The notes under the pieces are model-generated. The model was not told the DNA's origin and did not search any database. It saw nothing but the letters and a program-made list of their open reading frames with translations. Both the position numbers and the translations under genes were made by a program. Of a stretch of 33,752 bases of DNA, positions 24,332 through 33,752 are shown in pieces (within the stretch, counting starts at the first letter, position 1; the number at the start of each line of letters is the position of its first letter). Source of the stretch: Octopus bimaculoides (Eukaryota); assembly GCF_001194135.2 (NCBI RefSeq), contig NC_068999.1:16341531-16375282 (forward strand), in the 5' to 3' direction.

Positions 24332-24969
24332 NNNNNNNNNNNNNNNNNNNNNNNNNNNNNNNNNNNNNNNNNNNNNNNNNNNNNNNNNNNNNNNNNNNNN
24401 NNNNNNNNNNNNNNNNNNNNNNNNNNNNNNNNNNNNNNNNNNNNNNNNNNNNNNNNNNNNNNNNNNNNNNNNNNNNNNNNNNNNNNNNNNNNNNNNNNNN
24501 NNNNNNNNNNNNNNNNNNNNNNNNNNNNNNNNNNNNNNNNNNNNNNNNNNNNNNNNNNNNNNNNNNNNNNNNNNNNNNNNNNNNNNNNNNNNNNNNNNNN
24601 NNNNNNNNNNNNNNNNNNNNNNNNNNNNNNNNNNNNNNNNNNNNNNNNNNNNNNNNNNNNNNNNNNNNNNNNNNNNNNNNNNNNNNNNNNNNNNNNNNNN
24701 NNNNNNNNNNNNNNNNNNNNNNNNNNNNNNNNNNNNNNNNNNNNNNNNNNNNNNNNNNNNNNNNNNNNNNNNNNNNNNNNNNNNNNNNNNNNNNNNNNNN
24801 NNNNNNNNNNNNNNNNNNNNNNNNNNNNNNNNNNNNNNNNNNNNNNNNNNNNNNNNNNNNNNNNNNNNNNNNNNNNNNNNNNNNNNNNNNNNNNNNNNNN
24901 NNNNNNNNNNNNNNNNNNNNNNNNNNNNNNNNNNNNNNNNNNNNNNNNNNNNNNNNNNNNNNNNNNNNN
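24332..24969. other. Assembly gap (638 N) flanked by (TA)n
   Basis: N-run in the sequence. Smaller gaps occur at 2455-2464, 23738-23840 and 30411-30420. Confidence 1.
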
Positions 24970-25016
<47 letters not shown>

Positions 25017-26656
25017 GTAAAATAAGGATTCAGAGAGAATCAGATACTTGAAAATATATGCACCAGGTAGGGTTGGATAAACCTGTGGTTACGGTCTATG
25101 GTTGGTAACTATCAAATAGAATATTACGGTTGTGTACACAAACAAAAACAACTCTATGAGTGTTCAACGCCTAGGGCTGGTCTAAAGCACGCGTTACCTT
25201 TTTGGTGTATTCTTGGGTGTCTGAAAAGTCGTAAATACCCTTCGTGTATTATAATCAAATGAAAAACAACAGGCGATGGATAATTTTCAGCTCATTACAG
25301 ATGTTTCTTACACATATTATAATAGAGGAATGAAAACATTACTTCATTAATAAAACCCGTAACCATCAAATGAAACGTAATTTTACGAACAAAAGAATAT
25401 CCCAAGAAAAAAGCAGGAATGTGGCTGAACTATGAAATGGGAGAATGACCAATATAGTTGGCCGTAAATATACATACATAGACAGTTGGATGGATGTCGA
25501 TATCTCCTATGACATTATTCTTGACTGAGAACTATTGTCCAAAGTATTTTATACTTGAACATACATTGTCGAAAACATGTATCGATTTGCTTCTAGATAT
25601 TAAGTAATTAGTTGACGGTGAAGTTGATGCTAGATTTGCTATTTCTATCGAGTGATCTTTTAGGGGATCTGTAATGAGAATGAGTGATAGCAATGGGCTA
25701 TATAAAACTTGTGGAAAATCAAAACCTTCGAAGAAAACAAATCGTTTGCAGCGTTGATTCGGATCTGAAAGACAGCAAGCCCAAATTTTTGTCAAGAACA
25801 TTCAAGGTTTTTTTTTTTTTTTTACCGATTTTGCAATTCTCTGCCAAATATATTATAGGCAAATTCTTTTTCAGCTCTTCTCAATTCACAGATGTATAAA
25901 GTAAACATTTAGCTTGACCACCAATAGGATTTTAGCGTGTAGCAATAATGCTCACATGGTTAGGACGGAAGTTAAGCATACGAAATATATCTAACATATT
26001 TAGTGCATCGTTCCAAGAGAGTATGTGAATTGATGCAATGGAGAGAAATGTCACACGAAGATGCAACAGAATATTTGTTACTGATTTGAACGTACAATGT
26101 ATAAATTGCAATAATAAAACCTTACGCACTCAATCTGCTTCTATCTAGTGAATAAGATTTATAACAGCTTTGCGCAACTAGTTCTCTTCCTGTCTTTGTG
26201 AATACGTTTTTTCCTTTTCTTTGACGACGGTCAATATGGCCTTCATTTTCATACGTTGAGTTTCAGTCAATCTTGTTTCAATATTGCTGCTTCGTGAAGC
26301 ATTTCGAAGGCTTGAATAGGAAATCAAGTTTTTGGCATTAGTGCAGGCTCTCGTGTGTGATCACTATATAATCTCCCTTTTTATTGGTGTCCCTCTTCAC
26401 AAATATACCGACATAAACAATATTAATGATTTAAATTTAGGGCTAACTTTGGAGATTCACAAGGAACTTCATTCCTCCCACACTATATTACAAACCAATA
26501 ATATCAGATAATATATTGTCAGCTTATCTCTCATGCTGTAGTTTTCTTTATTTTTCTCTTCTTATTTTCACTCTCTCTACCTCATGTATGGCATTGTTGA
26601 CATTGCAACACCACAGTAGATTATAATAATAATAAGAAGAAGAATAAGAATAACAA

Positions 26657-26657
<1 letters not shown>

Positions 26658-26687
<30 letters not shown>

Positions 26688-26798
26688 AAGAAGAAGAAGA
26701 AGAAGAAGAGGAAGAGGAAGAAGAAGAAGAAGAAGAAGAAGAAGAAGAAGAAGAAGAAGAAGAAGAAGAAGAAGAAGAAGAAGAAGAAGAAGAAGAAG
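26658..26798. repeat. (GAA)n microsatellite, about 47 units with two GAG interruptions
   Basis: Directly visible. Confidence 0.98.
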
Positions 26799-26827
26799 GA
26801 TATATACGTATATATAAATATATAGAT

Positions 26828-27142
26828 AGGAGTGGCTGTGTGGTAAGTAGCTTGCTTACGAACCACATTGTTCCGGCTTCAGTCCCACTGCGTGGCACCT
26901 TGTGAGTGGATTTGGTAGACGGAAACTGAAAGAAGCCCGTCGTATGTGTGTGTGTGTATGTGCTTGTCCCCACAACATCGCTTGACAACCGATGCTGGTG
27001 TGTTTACGTCCCCGTAACTTAGCGATAGAATAAGTACTAGGCTTACAAAGAATAAGTCATGGGGTCTATTATTTACTCGACTAAAGCGGTGCTCCAGCAT
27101 GGCCACAGTCAAATGACTGAAACAAGTAATAAAGTAAAAGAG
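26828..27142 (+). mobile_element. tRNA-derived SINE (common octopus-type family) with internal (TG)n and apparent internal deletions
   Basis: Head aggagTGGCTGTGTGGTaag (A box) ...ccGGCTTCAGTCCcactgcgtggcacc (B-box-like). Body gtgagtggatttggtagacggaaactgaaagaagcccgtcgta(tg)n...caacatcgcttgacaaccgatgctggtgtgtttacgtcccc. Tail ...gcggtgctccagcatggccacagtcaaatgactgaaacaagtaataaagtaaaagag. Confidence 0.88.
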
Positions 27143-27169
27143 TATATATTACATTTTGATTTCGGAATG

Positions 27170-27290
27170 AGCTGTGGTCAAGTAGCCTTTCGTCCCTTGT
27201 ACAATAAATACCAGGGTTGTACATGAATGTACATTATCGACTATAAGCCCCACTACCCCACACCACCACCAAATATGAGAATTCTACCTA
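27170..27290 (+). mobile_element. Possible very degenerate SINE core remnant
   Basis: gcctttcgtccc...aataaataccag...ttatcgacta...cccc loosely parallels the motif order of the 20785-20912 copy. Confidence 0.3.
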
Positions 27291-27423
27291 AGCTTACAAA
27301 TAAAGGATGAGGCAGATCGATAGACAAAAGCGTTTCTACTGTTTTATTCTTTTCTTTTTGTTACTTGCCTCAACATTAGAAGCCGAAAGTGTCCCGCTGA
27401 TTCAATTCGGCCGTGGCCATCTG

Positions 27424-27478
<55 letters not shown>

Positions 27479-28216
27479 ATGTGTGTGTGTTTGTGTTCGT
27501 CTGTACAGATACTGGGGAAATTTCATTTGCATCACTTTTTGCTGGTCGCTGTGTCATGTATACAGTCCTACTACACACATGCCCTGTCTATAGTAGGCCG
27601 AAAACTAATTAGACCAAGAGAGCCCCTTATATATTTTTGCTGGGTTAAATTTCCCTAAATTAAGTGACCGATACCAACACAGTCATCAGTTCATGCATTT
27701 AGCTGTGCATTTTAAAATCCTTTCTAACACATATTAATTCAAATAGAGCGAGAAGTTTCATAAGCTCTCAGAGAAAATGTCTTTATAAATTTTGCAACAA
27801 ATTGCATCGGGAAGTTCTTATAATTTGCGAGGCATTGAAAATATTAGTTTTCTTTGGTATCTCAATACTTCACACCTGTACACCATGATTTCGTGATTCT
27901 TTGGTGTTCTATCTTCATGCAAATTTAACAAAAAATATAAATAGTACTTTGTAAACTTTTACTAAAAACAGTGTTGTAATAAAAACTGAGTAAATATAGA
28001 AATATCATTCGTGGAAATGGACTTTAAAAAAGAAAGACAAAATAGATGCGAGAAAAAAAGAAGACGCAATCACATAAATATACTTTTATGAATTTTATAT
28101 ACATACGCACATACATGCATACATACATATCTACATATATACATACGTGCATATATACATACATACATACATACATACATACCTATAGATATGCATACAT
28201 GCACATATATACGCAC

Positions 28217-28328
28217 GTACATACGTACATTTTCGGCGTTTGATATCGGAATTTATCTATCTATTTATCTATCTCCATCTCTCCATCTATTCCTATGCAT
28301 ATATAGGGAGAGACAGAAAGATAAAGAC

Positions 28329-28385
<57 letters not shown>

Positions 28386-28398
28386 TATAGATAGAGAC

Positions 28399-28445
<47 letters not shown>

Positions 28446-28601
28446 CAGAGAGATAGAGAGATAGATAGATAGAGACAGATAGATACATACATACGTACGT
28501 TTTCGGCGTTTGATATCAGAATTTATCAATCTATTTATCCATCTCCATCTCTCTATCTCTCCGTATGCATATATAGGGAGAGACAGAGAGATGGAGACAG
28601 T

Positions 28602-28661
<60 letters not shown>
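28217..28661. repeat. 270-bp-period tandem duplication containing (GATA)n
   Basis: tttcggcgtttgatatc(g/a)gaatttatc...tatgcatatatagggagagacag starts at 28231 and again at 28501. About 10% mismatch by eye over the roughly 110-bp non-microsatellite part. Confidence 0.92.
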
Positions 28662-28662
<1 letters not shown>

Positions 28663-29068
28663 GAATTCAGAGACCAAACACAGGAAATAGAGAATTGAAA
28701 TTGTAACTCATCATAGCCAGAAATACTGGAAAGGAATTAGCTGTGAACATGGCGTATGTAAGTAATTCTTTTATAGATGTTCTCTTTTCCATACTCTCGC
28801 ACTTCCGTATACAATGACCTTCGTGTCTGTCTTTAATGTTCCGTGATTTAGATTGTGAATACATATATTCATCAATATGGGTTCGTGAACGCATGTCACT
28901 GAACTTAAATTTTTTTTCTCCGTTTTTTATTGTTGTAAATAATTAAAAATGTAATGGTTGGTATGCCGAACAAGTAAAAAAGGTTGGCACGCACATATGA
29001 CTGCGTGTATGTATGTATGTATGTATGTATGTATGTATGTATGCATGTATATATATATATATATATAT

Positions 29069-29543
29069 NNNNNNNNNNNNNNNNNNNNNNNNNNNNNNNN
29101 NNNNNNNNNNNNNNNNNNNNNNNNNNNNNNNNNNNNNNNNNNNNNNNNNNNNNNNNNNNNNNNNNNNNNNNNNNNNNNNNNNNNNNNNNNNNNNNNNNNN
29201 NNNNNNNNNNNNNNNNNNNNNNNNNNNNNNNNNNNNNNNNNNNNNNNNNNNNNNNNNNNNNNNNNNNNNNNNNNNNNNNNNNNNNNNNNNNNNNNNNNNN
29301 NNNNNNNNNNNNNNNNNNNNNNNNNNNNNNNNNNNNNNNNNNNNNNNNNNNNNNNNNNNNNNNNNNNNNNNNNNNNNNNNNNNNNNNNNNNNNNNNNNNN
29401 NNNNNNNNNNNNNNNNNNNNNNNNNNNNNNNNNNNNNNNNNNNNNNNNNNNNNNNNNNNNNNNNNNNNNNNNNNNNNNNNNNNNNNNNNNNNNNNNNNNN
29501 NNNNNNNNNNNNNNNNNNNNNNNNNNNNNNNNNNNNNNNNNNN
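29069..29543. other. Assembly gap (475 N) flanked by (TA)n
   Basis: N-run in the sequence. Confidence 1.
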
Positions 29544-29924
29544 TATATATATATATATATATATCCTTGTATACTTGTTCTTTTCATTCGTGTGTGAACG
29601 AGTGTGTGTGTGCCCATGTTCGCATGGATTATTTTTCGAGATACTGAGAAGAAAGGTTGAGGGGGGGGGGTCGAATGAGGGAGAGAGTTTCATACCCACA
29701 ACATAGGAAATTACTTAAGACAGAAAATAACAATAACAAAAACTAAAACCAGAAAAAGAAACTTCATGTTAGTATTATAATGCACGAAGCTGGAGGAAAC
29801 ATTTTTTCAGTACATAAACAATTGGAAATCAAGTATAAAATACCTGACACAAAAATATGGTGAAATTCCATAAATGTACCGAAGCAACTTAACCATCAAT
29901 CGTACATCAAATGAACGGCTTATT

Positions 29925-29972
29925 TTGTTGTTGTTATGGTTGATGTTGATGCTGTTGAAGCTGTTGTTGTAG

Positions 29973-30019
<47 letters not shown>

Positions 30020-30020
30020 G
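29925..30020. repeat. (TTG)n grading into (TTA)n microsatellite
   Basis: Directly visible. Confidence 0.93.
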
Positions 30021-30139
30021 TTGTACAATCGCTATATGTAAAATCGTATATATATATACCAGTAGAAGTATGAACATATTGCTAACCTCCTAATAGTTTA
30101 TGCACTCAGAAGGATACATATGCAAATGCATACATACAT

Positions 30140-30170
<31 letters not shown>

Positions 30171-30309
30171 TACACACACATATACATATATATCACAACA
30201 TGCTTATTATATATTTGGTTCAGTGCTGTTCGTTTCATGTCAGTCATTCGGGTACAACTATATCTTGATTATGCGTTATTTCATATACACGGGTTTATAT
30301 ATGCATAAG

Positions 30310-30369
<60 letters not shown>

Positions 30370-30812
30370 TGTGTGTGTGAGAGAGTTTGTTTGTGTGTAT
30401 GTATTTATGTNNNNNNNNNNACATATATATATATAAATATATATATATAATAACGTACATTAATGTATGGAAGAGCTAACTCTGGCGAAAAGTACCCAGA
30501 AACCTTCATATTTTAGATAATTATTACTCTATAATGCAGAGTACGAAGCAAGTCCGGGGAAAAATGATGTAGTTATTGGGTTGAAAAAAAAGGAAGGCTT
30601 TTTCTTTGCTTTTATACGCATGAGGTGTTCCTGTTTTCCAGTAAAATATATGTTAAAGAGATGTAAAATTTTATTCCTCTCCCATAGCGAAACATTCTTC
30701 AGCCAATTAAGTTTTTGACTCCTTTAACCACAGACTTCATCAGTTGGAGACGCTAGGCTAATGAACATACATAGACATATAACCGCACCAACCACATAGA
30801 CAGACACACAGA

Positions 30813-30854
<42 letters not shown>

Positions 30855-32000
30855 TACATATGCGTACACACACATGGACGCACACATATTCACACACACG
30901 CTTGCACGCACGCGTGCGCACACATACACAGATATATATATACATTTGCATATATACTAACATATGCAGACTTATATATCCTATTTTGGAACACAAATGG
31001 TTCATTTTTTGTATTCGAAAGTACATTTACGTAAGGTAACATGTGGAACGTATATCCAACAGCCCTCTCTGATTAAATAAAATAAATACAGAATAAAATA
31101 ATATTTCTTGGTATTTTCCTTCCTCCGAAGATGAAGGAATTTCTATTTTGTATATGAACGAGAAAACGTGATCGTTTATAAGACACTGAATCTCTTAATT
31201 TATTGGCATCCATTAATAACATTTGCGTACAGAATTTGAATACCCTACTGCACCGTGCTTTTATATTAATTGCTTCATAATATGTGATACTTGATCTGAA
31301 AGCAATCTTGTGTTATGACATGCATCTGTTTCCTTACGTTATGTCCTAACAATTACAAACTGTATTTGCAAGCAGCTCTCATTTCCATGGCGCCAACCGC
31401 AGATATATTCATATTATCTACGCTATGGTCACTAGTTACAGAGCCGAATTATAGAGAGCATTAAATGTTTCTCTCGGAAATCTTCTTAACTTATGTGTGA
31501 AATCTGAAATATCTGGTGTCTTCAAACGAAAAATGTGTGTGTATCTAAAGCATGAATAATACCATTCTCAAAGAAATCAATAAGCAAAATCGTGGTGCAT
31601 GTTACAGATATACTCTATATTGAAGGTGATGGCTGGACCTTTTTTAATCGTGTAGGAACCGAGTTTTAGAGTATTTGATTCACGATCACAATGCCAGGAT
31701 TTCCAATCCCTCGTTTGTGCAGGACTTTGTCTACGCAGAAGTTACAACGGACAGGATGCCCCACACTTTGATAATCGCTACGAGCTGAATGATGCTGTAG
31801 CTTCGCATCATTCTGCATGTCAAATGACCCATGTTCCGCTGGGTCAATGATGGGAAATGAGAAAGAATGTCAAATTCTCTCCTCGACGTAGGCATCGAAA
31901 ATGACTAACGAAAGCAAAGTATTCGCTAACAAGACATGTCAGCATCTAATGAAGAAGTAAGTATATACATACTCTTGTGCGTGTATGCGTATATATATAT

Positions 32001-32735
32001 NNNNNNNNNNNNNNNNNNNNNNNNNNNNNNNNNNNNNNNNNNNNNNNNNNNNNNNNNNNNNNNNNNNNNNNNNNNNNNNNNNNNNNNNNNNNNNNNNNNN
32101 NNNNNNNNNNNNNNNNNNNNNNNNNNNNNNNNNNNNNNNNNNNNNNNNNNNNNNNNNNNNNNNNNNNNNNNNNNNNNNNNNNNNNNNNNNNNNNNNNNNN
32201 NNNNNNNNNNNNNNNNNNNNNNNNNNNNNNNNNNNNNNNNNNNNNNNNNNNNNNNNNNNNNNNNNNNNNNNNNNNNNNNNNNNNNNNNNNNNNNNNNNNN
32301 NNNNNNNNNNNNNNNNNNNNNNNNNNNNNNNNNNNNNNNNNNNNNNNNNNNNNNNNNNNNNNNNNNNNNNNNNNNNNNNNNNNNNNNNNNNNNNNNNNNN
32401 NNNNNNNNNNNNNNNNNNNNNNNNNNNNNNNNNNNNNNNNNNNNNNNNNNNNNNNNNNNNNNNNNNNNNNNNNNNNNNNNNNNNNNNNNNNNNNNNNNNN
32501 NNNNNNNNNNNNNNNNNNNNNNNNNNNNNNNNNNNNNNNNNNNNNNNNNNNNNNNNNNNNNNNNNNNNNNNNNNNNNNNNNNNNNNNNNNNNNNNNNNNN
32601 NNNNNNNNNNNNNNNNNNNNNNNNNNNNNNNNNNNNNNNNNNNNNNNNNNNNNNNNNNNNNNNNNNNNNNNNNNNNNNNNNNNNNNNNNNNNNNNNNNNN
32701 NNNNNNNNNNNNNNNNNNNNNNNNNNNNNNNNNNT
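32001..32735. other. Assembly gap (735 N) flanked by (TA)n
   Basis: N-run in the sequence. Confidence 1.
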
Positions 32736-33752
32736 ATATATATGTATATATATATGTTTGTATTCATGGATAGCTATCGTGTGTATACATATATATTGAT
32801 CTTTTTCTTGTGTTTCTGTACATGTGTTACTCTTTTTATGTGTATGCATCTAGGTGCATACGTTTATATGTGCATGCGTATGTCTTAGACTGTGTGCACG
32901 AATACGGAACTGATGTGATACATTTCAATTCTCCCAACCAAACGATATTTGTTATATTTCATTCCGTAATTATGGTATCCATTCACTAAGAAAAATATCA
33001 TTACATTTCATATTCCCATAATTAAGAGTCCTACAGAGATGTAATTGAATATTTAATTAATTTATATTCATTATCCATAATTCATTCATATTACAGTAAT
33101 AAAACAGCAAATAAGCTTCAAAGTCTCCATAGATTTAATGAATTCGTTTGCATGTTGCAAGATATCAATTGGAAAATTGATGTTCTCTACCATTACGCAT
33201 TAATATGAACAACCAAAAACATCAGCACGTACGCACTCACACACACGCGTGTGTGTGTGTGTGCATGTGTGCGTGTGTGCGTGTGTGAATGTGACACACT
33301 TTGTGGTATAATAATATATAAACATTTATGCCAGTGCATGTATGTGTTCATGAATTCATACAAACAAACCGTACATACCTATATGTATGTATGTCCTAGA
33401 TATGTATGTCTGTATGTATGTATATATATCTACATGCATACATACATACATACATGCATACATGCGTACATACAAACTGAAATCATCTCGAACACATATC
33501 AAACGGAAACATATTATCTGAGAGATTAATTATAATTTATATAATCTGGTTTTATCAAGCATATTATAAAGTTTCTATCACCGCGAAACTATTAATACCA
33601 TTGTAAGAATAGTTGGGATTAATATCTAGTTGTTACAACATTTTGCAATCAGTGTCGTAAAATCTGTTTAAAGTATATTTACTCTTATGATACAAACTAT
33701 TGTTCGTTCGTGTCTTTCATCAAATCTTATATATATATATATATATATATAT

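Noticed and set aside
25532-26129. Two non-repetitive minus-strand ORFs (89 and 65 aa)
   Set aside because: No diagnostic motif; they are separated by stops and an A-run, with no clear splice sites.
26548-26988. 146-aa ORF with a long poly-Ser tract
   Set aside because: It is the antisense reading of a SINE head plus the (GAA)n tract.

Overview
AT-rich, microsatellite-dense eukaryotic genomic DNA from a gapped draft assembly: 9 N-runs totalling about 3.5 kb, most abutting (TA)n tracts. The interspersed repeats look like families I recall from octopus/coleoid cephalopod genomes; this is recognition from memory, not a database result. I can support no confident protein-coding gene, and nearly all ORFs in the supplied track are translations of microsatellites or gaps. 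Supportable content: (1) a 5'-truncated, inactivated R4/Dong-type non-LTR retrotransposon 3' end (12628-13798) with RT C-terminus, CCHC knuckle and restriction-like endonuclease; (2) several tRNA-derived SINEs, one near-intact with a probable TSD; (3) a degenerate hAT-type MITE; (4) a probable Penelope-like terminal repeat carrying a variant minimal hammerhead ribozyme motif; (5) a palindrome-based minisatellite and a 270-bp tandem duplication; (6) a few unlinked, low-confidence exon candidates. I do not see a convincing new multi-gene system. The most interesting local signals are the hammerhead-like motif, a microsatellite expanded inside the endonuclease PD motif, the palindromic minisatellite and the orphan exon-like segments.
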